This document shows positions 22,994 to 35,480 of a DNA stretch of 64,000 nucleotides, in pieces. Below the pieces are notes generated by a model. The model had not been told where the DNA came from and made no database searches. It saw only the letters and a program-made list of their open reading frames with translations. Each line of letters opens with the position of its first letter. Position 1 is the first letter of the stretch. Location of the stretch: NCBI GenBank assembly GCA_964016885.1, contig OZ024743.1, positions 331,824,001-331,888,000 of the forward strand, read 5' to 3'. The position numbers and the translations under genes are program-made. This DNA is from Eledone cirrhosa. Its lineage: Eukaryota.

Positions 22994-24430
22994 TTGTTGT
23001 GTTATTGCCCATTAGAATTACAGCTTGCTAATAATGTTATTTGGACAAACCCTGTCCCAAATAGCACTATGTTTGCCTGTCCAATTTCATTGGTACAAGC
23101 TGTAGAGGATTGGGATGCGCTGTTTGTAGAACTTGAGCCTTCTTTAAATTTTATCAGGAAAAGTTCTGGTTCATGTATCATGTGAATGTCACTTGTAAAT
23201 CAGGGCGTTCAATGATTAATGGCAAGATGGTATCTCTTCTTCAAGGAGACAGTGGTTCATCCTGTCATTTATGCCATGCCACCCACACAAGCTGATGGAT
23301 ATGATACTTCATTAATATCCAATCAATTCCAGATACCAGAGGATTATAATTCCTGAAAAGAAGCATAGGAAAAATTGGTTGCTAGCGAGATATCATATTC
23401 TAGCAGTGAAAGGCAGGGTCAGTGCCATGAAAACATTATAAAAGCAGATTTGCATTGTTTCTCAGTCCTTCACTTCAACTGAGATCATTCGATTTTACTC
23501 AAAAGATTTTGTATCACTTGGTTGCCGGTCAAAAACATGGGGTGGAGCTTGAAATATATTGCAGTTTATTCAGCATGCAAGCAACTGTGCATTGACCATA
23601 TCAGGTCAACCACTGGAATGCTAATGGACTCACCCAGTGGAATAGGTGGGAACACCAATACAGGATCATTGGCTGACCAAGTTTACAGTCTGAAAAACTG
23701 CCAAAATATGTTCTCTCATTTTGAACCAGAAAGACAAGGACAATTATTAAATATTCTTGTCTCTGACCAACATTATGCTCCATGTCACACAATCAGTGAA
23801 TGAGAAGGTAAGGTCTAACAGACTAAAGACACTTAGAATAGATTTAATGTTTCACCTAAAAAACTCATTTCTTGATGAGAGAGACTTCTCAAAGTGGTTA
23901 TAACTCCCCATTCCTTCAAATGTGAAATGGAATGAAAATCCACTTGAAAGTTGGAACAAACACATTAGGTCATTCCAGAGTGGAGCAGATGCAAGATCTC
24001 ACCAGCTTTCAGTAAAGGACAACATTCATGACATCTTCCTCACCCACATATTCCCGAGTGTGTCGTGGGGGCAGAATCCTCAAGCACTCCTTCCAGCGGG
24101 TCCTGTCAGAAGCAACCATCTCCAACTGATCCAGCTGAATCCCCAAGCATGACCTGCCAAGCTTATGGATGTTATCCAACCAGCTTTCTCAGGGTCTATC
24201 CCTGGGTCTCCTTCTAGCTGGTTTTTCCTGTAAAATGTGTCCAACGATTCTTACCTGAGAGATTCTAATCACATATCAATAGTATCGGAGCTGTGATCTC
24301 TCAATTCAAAGAGATAGTGGCTCTACCTGCTCCATTTGTGGAGAAATAGACACACAGTTAAGTCACTCAAACATTAGAATGTTTCAGTTTCAATGCACAA
24401 GGAAAGCAAAATTTCCTCCATGTATTTTAC
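22994..24430 (+). pseudogene. Decayed RAG1/Transib-superfamily DDE transposase
   Basis: Collinear motifs: CPLEL..IWTNPVPNSTMFACPISL (22994-23185); SMINGKMVSLLQGDSGSSCHLCHAT (23209-23283); ERQGQ..FSVLHF/LRSFDFTQKILYHL (23408-23520); GMLMDSPSGIGGNTNTGSLA (in ORF 23522-23803); WNENPLESWNKHIRSF..AR..DIF (23922-24037); CSICGEI(G)HT (24328-24356). Confidence 0.8.
24035..24325 (-). mobile_element. Rex3-like RTE 3' fragment inserted into the transposase
   Basis: Homologous to 3388-3680. It separates the transposase DIF motif from the CSICGE motif. Confidence 0.8.
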
Positions 24431-25934
24431 ATAGACATTGAGTATGAGTATAGAACTTGTGGAGCACTAGAAAATGTTATCTTTGTATTAGTTTAAAAGT
24501 TTGTACTGATGCATTCCGCTTCAAAATGTATAATCTTTTCTAAGTTCTCCTACATATATATTTGTTACTGCAAAGCCTCTTTATTATTTCTAAATGTCAA
24601 TTATTGCTCAACATTAAGTCCCTATCATATGTTGTCTATTTTAGATGGGGTTGCCTCTCTAATTTTAGGGATTTAGATACGTATTGTTTCTTCAGCTTAC
24701 ATAATAGTTTCTTGATAACAGTGCCAAAAGCACATGACAACCCTGAATTGGATGCTGGGATAATGAAATCATCATCATCATCCTCGTTTAACGTCTATCT
24801 TCCACGCTAGCCCTAACCCTAACGTCTATCTTCCACGCTAGCATGGGTTAGGCGGAATGTTTTTAAATATCTATATTAAACATTTCAGTCCATTTGAGTA
24901 TCAATGCATTGAGTGCCATCAAACAAAAGTGTGGCTTAACACAAAAGTATGTTATTTTCATAGGAAACTAATCTGTTGCAAGCTCCAACAAAGAATGTTC
25001 TAGTCAGCATAAAACATCACCTTTTAAATCCCTTTTTGCTCGAAAGTCCACAATAGCCAGAAGATTCCAGGAAGTGTTGAATAATGTGATATGGTTTTAA
25101 TTTGGGTTTTCCAAAGACTTTCTTAGAGTAAAAATGGAATAATTTCATTACAATGAACTATTACATTTCTAAAAGTTGTCTGATTTGTGTTAGATTTTTT
25201 TAGAGTAAAATTCAATAAATTATCTTACAGAAAAGTGCCAGTTCAATCTCTGGTTTACTGGCTTTGAATATTTTATGACCTTTTCATTATGGATGATTTT
25301 TCAAGTTATTTTGTGGATTTTTGTTAACTAATATTTTATACAAAATTACTAACTTTAAATTATCATAAAATTGTACAGACTGAATCTGTTTTAGTTGTGG
25401 ATGTTGGCTTCTTCTCCCTAAAAGTCTTATTCAACAGAAAATTTGCAATAAATAATGATTGGAAAAACATCAAAAAATAATATTTTCCCACTCTGTGCCC
25501 TCTTGTGACAGATCCATGGGTGAAGCCTTCCTTAATGGCTTTGTATTTTTATATGTATGCTGTCTGGTTTCAATGTTTCTAACTGACAAAGTGTAGGTCA
25601 CATTATTTACAGAGAGGACAGTTGATTTTATAAAGTACGCATAACAATAAAATACACATACGAACATGTAAATATTGAAAGGTTCCAGTGTTCTAGGTGA
25701 TGTTCTCATAGTAAGAGGAGGAATTGGGAAATAGCAGACAAGACATAAATGACAAGATCAAGTTTAGAAATAGAGGTAAAAGTAGTTTAAGGTTGCCACA
25801 ATATATGTAGATTGTCATATATCTATAAACTTTTATGACATGAATAAAGTTAAGTTATGTTGAAACTTCCAGCTGATGTTTGAGATATTAACATTTGAAG
25901 TTCAGATTTGATACACAAGGAATATTTTTAATGG

Positions 25935-25969
<35 letters not shown>

Positions 25970-26529
25970 GTGTATATATGTACATGTGTGTGTGTGTGTG
26001 TATGTGTATATATATAATTGTGGGTGTTCGTTTGTATATCTATGTGTATATATATGTTTATATATGAGTATGTATATATATATATATGTGTATATATATG
26101 AGTATGTATATATATGTATGTGCATATATATATAAAATAGGTATAAATCGAAGTTGTAGCCGCAGTATGACATTACCAATCGAATCATATATATGTAATC
26201 ACTGTTTACAGCTATTTTCCAGTTGCAATATATATACCTATATATAAAGTGATTAAGAAGCATTAGCAATATTTAACATTTGAAACATGTACATCCAAAT
26301 GCAAATGACTATAATAATAATAAATCACTTTAAATAATAGTTGAGAAAATCTTGTAAAGTACTCCTGGAGACAGAAACAATAGACAAAGATTCCTGCAAG
26401 GAATCAAACTCTGCATCTCTCGGATGCCAGTTGAATGCATTAACCACTACATTAAAGAGCGACTGACCACCAATTCTTAGGGGAACTTTACCTGAGGTTT
26501 TTCATGCGTATTGAATGTGGCAGATGTGT

Positions 26530-26985
26530 GAAGGTTAGAGAGAGATGAAACAAGCATGGTAGTGAGATATGGGTATTGAATGTGGTGGATGTGTGAAGAT
26601 TAGAGAGAAATGAAACAAACATACTTTGTTGGATGTGTAACATTAGCATGCATGAACAAAGGAAAACAGATGAGTTCAGAGAAAAACTGGGTTTAGGCAG
26701 AATCAAATATAATTAGATATAATGTGCATGACTGTGCTAAAGTAGCTACATGATATGTATTGATGGTGACAGGTGGGTGAAGAATTGCCAAGAGTTCCAA
26801 GTGGAAGAAAGCCATAGAAAAGGAAGACCAAGGAAAATTTGGGCAGAGATGGTGAAAGCCAATCTCAATATGTTGAACCTCATAAATAAGATGACAAAGA
26901 AATGCGACAGATGAAGGGAAACTGTGCTGGAGAGTATCCATATAAGACATGGAAACTTGGAAAAACAGATGTTAAAGAACATATA
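26530..26985 (+). mobile_element. Old, highly diverged RTE 3' fragment
   Basis: catggtagtgagatatggg (HGSE.W), ttagagagaaatgaa (LERNE), aggaagaccaaggaaaatttgg (GRPRKIW). Confidence 0.75.
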
Positions 26986-27219
26986 TTATACAGAATTTAT
27001 CCAAGAATGCAAGCAGCCTCCCACTTAACTATATCTAACAATCATATTTAATTCAGTTATTTTGTAACTATTTCAGCCACATAACCAATTCCATTGAGAA
27101 AGGCATGTTCACCATAGTTAGTAATCCTATACTTATAAACATGGGGCTTTCAGCTTTCATAATACCATTTCACTAACTTATCTTTAATAGGTTTCTTTAA
27201 ATAGTCAGTGAATCCATAA

Positions 27220-27480
27220 TGCTTTTGTTACCAAACCACCTCTAACAACTCCTGCTTCTACAATACAAAACCATCTGTTTAAAAATATTTATAATTATCT
27301 AAAATCTCCCATCACAATTTTATGTAAGAATCTTTAAATTAAGTTGTGTTCCAAACACCAGATAAATAATGAGAAATTTATTTGTGTTGCTAAATCACTG
27401 CAAATTCTTGATTATTTTCAAAATTATTTGAATATCATAGGCAGTGTGTTTCATTAGAAATATGGTAACAAAAAAGTTGA
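27220..27480. mobile_element. Diverged MITE of about 230-260 bp with ttaaccctttcgttacc-like termini; relatives at about 2090-2215, 49660-50590 and 56507-56730
   Basis: Shared ttatgttccaaacacca..taataatgagaa and tttcattagaaatatggtaacaaaa..gttaa. Confidence 0.65.
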
Positions 27481-28610
27481 AGTGTTTATATTTATCTAAA
27501 AAGCTTTTTGTTAAATTATGTTCCAAACACAATATAAATAATGAGAAAGTTATCTGTGTCTCTTAATCCCACCTTCTTGATTATTTTCAGAATTATTTGA
27601 ATATCATATATGCAGTATCTTTTATTATATAATGAAAAGAGTTAAGTATACGTTCTTGGTTAATGGTATCACACATTATAATTAAACAAAAGAAGTACTC
27701 AATACTGTAATATAGAGTAGAATAATATTTATTCAAAGCTGCAGTTATGTGAGTTACTTTTCTGAATCTCTTGTATCTGATCCTCAAGCAAGTAGGAATA
27801 TCACATTTGAAGCTTTCTTTTATATATACTGGATTTATGTTCAGCTCACATTGAAAATAACTATTTATGGTTCCATATATGGGAATACAACATTGTGTAA
27901 CAAAAATAAATAAATAAATAAATAAACTTTATATCAGAACAAATTCTGCAGATACAGTAATTTTTCTATGGAAATATTTCTATAAAACGCTTCCATAGAA
28001 AAATTTCTATGAAAAGTTCTTGAGAGAACTCCTGTAGTGAACCTATGAATATATAAATATGTGAAAACTAGTGATTAGTGAATAGAAAGATTTTTAAATA
28101 ATTTACAATAAATTGGTTTTATCTCTGTGTGGTTTATGATTGGAGATATAAAAAGTACAAACTCTTTCTTATCTGTATCATTAACTAAAAAAGCTATTGT
28201 TATTTAGTACGTGGGGAGTGGGGCTTATTTCAATATCATATTCCAAAATTTGGAGCTTTTAAACATTTATTTAAAAGTTAGTGAGACTGAGGCCATGCCA
28301 GATATATATATATATATATATCAACTATAGGTCATCTTATGTGGGTACTCACATTGATTTACTGTTTCTGGTGTGATGCACATATATGCATATACATAAA
28401 CATACTTATATACTTACACAGACAACAAAATATAGTGATACATTTGACATAAAAATGAATCGCAAACATTTATACATGTGTTTGCATACATACATACATA
28501 TATGCCATATACATAAATATACAATATATATGCATACATATACAAATACATGTATACACATATATATATGCATACATATACAACTACATATATATATATA
28601 CATATATATA

Positions 28611-31600
28611 TCATCATCATCGTTTAACATCTATCTTCCACGCTAGCATGGGTTTAGATGGGAATTGTCCCACTTGAAGCAAGATTGGTCGGGAGACGGT
28701 GTCTCACTTGTATAGGACTGTCTGGCAGGTTTTCTACGGCTGGATGCCCTTCCTAACACCAACCGCGTTTACAGTGTGGAATCGGAGGTTTTTACTGTGT
28801 TACCTACACGGCCATATTACAGCGTGGACTGTGTTTTTTTGTCTTGACACCTACAGGACCTCATTTATTTTGGACTGGATGTTGTGGTACCAACATAACT
28901 TTACAGAGAGAGGGTGGTGTTGCTGGGAGTGGGGGGCTGGAGTAGGGGTAGTGGGATTGGGGTGTATATTTGGTTAAGAGGTGCCTACTAACTAGGTTTC
29001 GCTATGTACATAGGCAAGGCGGGTTTTCTGCATTACTGCGTAGCGCCAAAGATCTCAGTCCAGTGACATTGTCCTAGAGAGGTGTAAGTGTGTAAGGTCG
29101 GAATTTATCAAATCATCCCAGGTTTTTCTGTGTCTACCTACTCTGTAACTTCCATCAATTTTTATCGCCCTGCACTTTTTTATACAGCTGTCGTCTTTCA
29201 TGCACATCACGTAACCATACCAACATAGTCTTCTCTCGAGTAAACAGCATCGATCCCTCTTATTCCTAATTTCTCACTTAGTTCATTTATGCTTTGCCGT
29301 TCACATATATTACTATTACACATCCAACGGAGCATGCGTGCTTCGTTCCTCTCCAATCTGCGCAGGTCCTCTGCACACAATGCCCATGTCTCACTGCCAT
29401 GTAACATTGGTGTTCGTATGCACGCATCATACAATCTGCCTTTCATTTTTAGAGAGGAACCTTTAGTGGGCAATACTGGTATAAGCTCTCTGAACTTTTT
29501 CCATCCCGTTCTGACTCTGGCTACTGTACTTTCGGAGCACCCTCCACCACTGCTGATTTTGTCACCCAGGTAATGGAAGGTGTCCACTATTTCTATAGAA
29601 CCATCTGGAAAATAGAATAAGCTAGTATCCTGTGGGCACTTGCTATGTATTGCACCTGAGCATCGGCCACATATAAAATATACGTTCTTAGATAGCTTAC
29701 CTGTGATCCCACTACATCTTTTATGTACCCATAGTTTGCATTTAGGACATAAAAGGGAATTTCTGCCTACTCCTTTTCTACACACTGAGCATGGCCATTT
29801 CCCAGAGGAGACCTGTGCCCTATTTTCCTTTCTACAAATTAGAACTTTAGTCTTAGACAAGTTAACTTTAAGGCCTTTTGATTCTAGGCCATGCTTCCAT
29901 GTTTGGAATTTCTTCTCTAGTACAGCCATCAATTCAGCTATGGGAGTTAGATCATCAGCGTATAAAAGCTCCCACGGGCAGCCGGTCTTGAACTCCTCTG
30001 TTATAGCCTGAAAGGCAATAATAAATAGGAAGGGGCTAAAGACAGAGCCTTGATGAACACCAACTTTTACGCTAAATTCTTCACTATATTCGTTGTTAAT
30101 TCTAACCTTGCTGACTGTTTCTTTATACATGGCTTGTATAGCTCTCACAAGCCATTCATCAGCACCTAGTTTTCTAAGAGCCCACCAGATAATGGAGCGG
30201 GGGATTCTGTCCAAAGCTTTCTTTAAGTCAATAAAAGCTAAGTAGAGGGGTTTACTTTAGGCTAGGTTCTTCTCCTGTAGTTGTCACACAAGAAAAAGAG
30301 CGTCTGTGGTACTTTTACCTGACACAAACCTGAACTGCATTTCATCTAGATCAATTCACTCTCTGATTAGTTGCGCTATAACTCTTTCTGTGACTTTCAT
30401 GACCTGGTCAACTAATTTAATGCCTCTGTAGTTTCCCCTATCTAGAGCATCTCCTTTACCATTGTAGCAGTTAATGATGATGCTGCTACGCCAGTCATTT
30501 GGTATGACCCCATTCTGTATTAGTTGGTTTACTATCCGGGTGACCGTAGTGTGTCCCACCATTCCAGATGCTTTCAGCAACTATCTCCGAAGGCCCAGCT
30601 GCCTTGCCTGTCTTCATATGTTTGATTGCCTTACATATTATACTACCTTTACCTTGCACTGCTGGTCCCTCTATTGGATCGATTTGGGGCCGACTATCTT
30701 TTTCCCATTTATTCTCCTCATTTAGTAGTCTCTCGTAGTGACACTTCCAAGCTACCGTCTTATCAGCATCAGTGATGGCAAGTACACCATCATCATTATG
30801 GACACACTTCTCCCCGACAATATCACTGTTTTCCTTGACACATTGTCTTACAATCCTGAACACCTCACGTTTTTGGTCCTCGCGTTGTAGAACATGCTTG
30901 AACTTTCTTTTCTCTGCTTCCCTTCTTGCAAAGTACACTTGTCTCCTAGCTTCTCTCCTGGCCACTTGATAGTCTTCTCTACTTCCCCCATCCCGCCATA
31001 CTTTCCAAGCCTGCTTTTTGGCCTTTATTGACTCCTCCACCTTACTGTTCCACCACCAAGTTACTCTCCTCCTGCCTATAGGTCTGCTCCAGCCACAGAT
31101 TTCATCTGTCGCCTTCAGCAGGTTAACTTTCAGGAATTCCCACTGTTCCTCTATATTGTACGTCTCTAATTGCTCTTCCTTACTGTCAAAAGCATCAAGT
31201 AATATGCTTTTAAATTTGTTATTGGCTGTTCGATCCTTTAATTTCCATATTCTTCTCCTCAGGGTAGTCCTCCACTGTTGTTGAGTACGTCTAGTCCTGA
31301 CTATGAGGTCACTAACTATGAGACTATGTTGGGAGGTGCATTCTTCACGGGGGAGGGATTTAGTGTTTACAACACTTTGTCACGTCTCTGGTAAGGATAT
31401 AATCTATCTGACTGCGTGTTCCCCTGATCTATAGGTGATCAAGTGATTGTCTCGTTTTTTGAAGTTTGTGTTACAGATAGTTTGGTTATTAGCGTCACAG
31501 AATTCCAGGATTCTGAAGCCTTCCTCATTTTTAGTACCAAACCCATAGCCTCCATGGATTCCATCATAGCCGTCACAATGTTGTCCAACATGACCATTTA

Positions 31601-32390
31601 GGTCGCCAGCAATAATTATGTAGTCACTGTCGGTTATTTGGGAGGTAGTGCGCATTAATGACTCATAGAATTTGTCTTTTATAAAGCCAGGTAGTCCAGA
31701 TTGGGGCGCGTAAGCGGATATTATTGTCACAGTAGTTCTATTTAGGACTAGTCTTATTTTAATTATACTGTCGTTCACTCTATTTACGGCAATTACCTTA
31801 TCTACCCATTTTTCTGCTAACATAATTCCTACTCCACCCAGCCCATTATTATTTCCCACCCAGAAATCTTTATAGCATCGTTCTTTTACCCACAATGAAT
31901 CTAGCAGACCCACATCTCCACCTAGTCTCTTGAACACAACAAACATCAACTTCCTTACGTTCAAACCTCTCTACAACCTCATTTGAACGACCTTTTAAAG
32001 TGCCTACATTCATGGTACCAACTCTGAAGTTTTGGATTTCGTTGGGTGGATGGAAGGGGATGGGTTGGAGGCACAGGGAGGGGTGAAGGAGATGGGGCTA
32101 TGTTAGCCATCCGTGTCTGAAATAAAGAGGAGTCCTTGCATTCTCGTCCGGCAACAGGAGGTAAATTTATCTTTATCTTTGACATTGTCATTGAGTGTTC
32201 AGATTCTTCAGACTCTCCAAATTCCATAGTCCATCTAGCATATCGGAAAGCAACCAGGTCTAAACTTAAGGAGAGATAGCCGAGGCGGTGGTTTTGTGAA
32301 GGAGATTGGTAAGAGAAACATATTATAAGCCGCTGAATTATGATTAGACCAAATAGTAATAGTGGCGTGTGGGGGCGAAGGGGGAGGGGG
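28611..32390 (-). mobile_element. Near full-length RTE LINE (subfamily C): 5'UTR, APE endonuclease, RT with PHD finger, 3'UTR, (GAT)n; frameshifted
   Basis: ORF 31404-31964 is APE (GGVGIML, ISAYAPQSG, IAGDLNGHVG, NTNFKK). Further ORFs are 30495-31040, 30356-30580 (NYRGIKL) and 29207-30214 (GVHQGSVFSP, LLYADDL, PHD, YLGD). Confidence 0.96.
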
Positions 32391-32462
32391 GAGGGGAAAG
32401 TTAACGAGAAGCTTATTTTTATATAAAGGTTTTACAGATATGCATACATATACAAATACATT

Positions 32463-32494
<32 letters not shown>

Positions 32495-35119
32495 CATACT
32501 TATACAAATACATGTACACACACACACGCATATATATATATGTGCATACATATACAAAATGTATATATATATATATATATATACACACATAATGCATATA
32601 CATAAATATATGTATACACACATACATTCCTGACCAAATTATATGAGGGGAATACGACGACACCTTAACCCTAACTATCTCCTTAACCCTTTAAATTGCC
32701 CATAAGAGAGTCTATGAAACAAAAAGTGAAAAGTGTAAAACACAGATGTCTTCACTAACAACATTGACAACAGTTTAACCAAGAACACTTTCAAATCCAG
32801 ATTCCTCTAACATATACAATCCTTCAGAAACATCAGTTGAAACTCAAACACTAGTTTCCCTAAATACACATGGTAAATAAAAGACTAATGAAAGAAAAGA
32901 AGAAAGAGAGGGGCAGCAGGCTCTATAAACCAGTCTGAGTGGCATTTCAGCTGAGCCCTATGGATGAAATGGCAAAGGTATTGCTGTGGAGAATGCCAGC
33001 GACAGCTACTGCAAAAACCACTCCACCTCATGCAGCTGCTGTCTTTCCAATTTTTTTATCTTACTCATTTTTTTTTTTTTTACTTTCTTCTCCTTTTTGT
33101 TTCATTATTGCCAAGTATATTGTACATTTTATTTTACTACTCGATATTTTGTATTGCAATAAATTTCACAGTTTCAAAGACCAACTGAATGCCAATCATA
33201 ACATGAAGTGGAGAATTATAAATTTTTCAATAAATCCTTAGAAAGAAGCATATAACATTAATCCAAGAATATTGGTTAAAACACCACTTCAATAATATAT
33301 TAAAACTCATCATTTTTTTACATCTGCTTTTCTATGCTGGTGTGGATTGAAAGGAACTTTTGAGTCAATGTCTTATTACCAGATTCCTTTTCTGATACCA
33401 ACCCTTTTCATTGCCTCTTACAGCGGGCAGGTACATGATATGCTGCATCTATGCTAAAAACTGAGATACACACAAATATTTACTTTTATGAAATACCCCA
33501 AGAAATTTTAGATGTTACGGTATGACTTCAGAGAGATATGTTCATTATTTATAGATTAAACCCACATAAAAAAAACCTCATATTACACTCTACTATCTTA
33601 AGAAAGGATGGAGTAGTTTTGAATGCACTACACTATGTTTGAGATTGAATTCCATAAAGACAGTGCTGCAGTATGGCCACAGTCTAATGACTGAAACCAG
33701 TAAAAAGGATAAAAGAATATCAATTTACATCAGTTCAGTCATTCACTTAATTTTCCTTATGCTTCAAAAATCAAACTCTCTGAAACAACGGCAGCGGCAG
33801 CTACACACAGAGGTGTCAAATGTAATTTATAAAGTTGTTTTGACAAAGATATATTAGACTGATATATTCTTGGAGGATAAATAAAGCTTTAGAAAAAAAA
33901 TTACAAAAAAACAAAACCCAGAAAAAAACAACACATAAAAACCAAAATAACTGAGATATGTTTGATCAGTTTCGTATAGTAAGTGAAATATTTAATTTGA
34001 TGTTAAGTCTAACATCGTTTTTAGAATATCTACTTCATTCCTTCTTGCCTTACAGAAATAGTATCCTTCTTATGTTAATCAGAATCTGGTAACCATGTCC
34101 CTGAAAAGTGTGTGTGTCTGTGTGAGTATATGAGAGAGGGGGAGGCAGAAAAGGGAGTGGGAAGAGAGAGACAGAGAAAGGTGGAGAGAAATAGAGAGAA
34201 GAGAAAGAATAAAAGACCAGAAGAAGTCAACAGAGAGGTGAGAAATACATAAAAAGAGAGAAAATAGAGAGAAAGAGAGTAAACAGAGAAAAAGAGATTA
34301 GTACAATGAAGTTTCTCCCTCCTCTCCCTCATTCTAAGAAATCATGACAGATACTGTACTATTCTCTTTCTCTGTTTATAATGCTCCAAAACCAATAATA
34401 CAGTTTCCATGATAGATGACAATTCCCTCCTGTGCAACTTCTACCATTTATGGTTGATAAAGCATGAAGTAGTTAGGCAGAATTGTTCCAGGAAATTTAT
34501 GTAACCACTATATATAGCAACTAAAGTCAGTTTAACTTATTCTAAAAAAAAAAAGATTATTATTCAAGGGTTCATTTTAAACATGAAACCTATTTACAAG
34601 GGATAGTTTTTTAATAGATTATTTCTCCCGTATTTACTGAGGTTAGGTGTATGATGTTGGTTACAACCTGAATTCATAGCAAAAGGCTCTCAAATGTTTT
34701 TTTCTAAAAATTCCCATATACTATTCAATATACAATACATACATTTATGTGTATAATGCTATGTTGGAGCACAAATACAAATTTTTTTAAGGGTTAATTT
34801 TAAAAGAAAGAGTTAATTTTTTAAGGGTTAAATTTAAAAAGGAAAGTTACTTTTAAACAGGAAAGTTAATTATAAAGTTTTTATTTTAGACATGAAGCTT
34901 ATTTTTAAGAATTAATTTTAAATTGTAGGGTAGTTTTTTCCACCAACTCTGAAGCTTATTTTTAAGGGTCAATCTTAAATTGTAGGGTACGTTGTCCAAC
35001 CCACAACCATGGACTGGTACTTTATTTTATTGACTCCAACAGAAAAAAAAAGAAAAAAGTAAAGTTGACCTCAGCAGGATTTGAACTCAAGCACATGCCA
35101 CTTTATATTAAAATAATAA

Positions 35120-35480
35120 CATCATCATCATCATCATTTTTACATCCATTATTCCAAACTTGCATGGGTTGGGCGGGTCCTTTTCAGCACAATATCTCTC
35201 TACTCTCTCCTGTAAATCTCAGCGATTTGAGGTCAGCTCTCACCACATCTACCCAAGTCTTTCTGCAGCTTCTATCCACTGGCATTTCCTGGCACTTCTT
35301 CACCCATCAATCATCATTCATGTACATCACATATCCGTACCAATGCAGTCTTCTCTCCTGTACACCACATCAGATTATTCTTAAACCCAGCTTCTCCCTA
35401 AATTCATCCAAGTTCTGCCTTTCTCTCACATTACATTGCACATCCAACAAAGCATTGTGGCTTCATTTCTCTCCAGCCTA
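35120..35480 (-). mobile_element. Diverged RTE 3' fragment flanking the 63-bp satellite
   Basis: (CAT)n tail and actggcatttcctggcacttcttcaccca match antisense RTE-B. Confidence 0.85.

Larger units (their letters stand above)
22644..25497 (+). mobile_element. Putative extent of the Transib/RAG1-like DNA transposon
   Basis: Left end CACAAAGTGG (22644-22653). Right end CCACTCTGTG (25488-25497), whose reverse complement is CACAGAGTGG. Flanks are C-rich (ccccc plus a CA run on the left, ccctc on the right). The match is only 9 of 10 bp. Confidence 0.4.
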
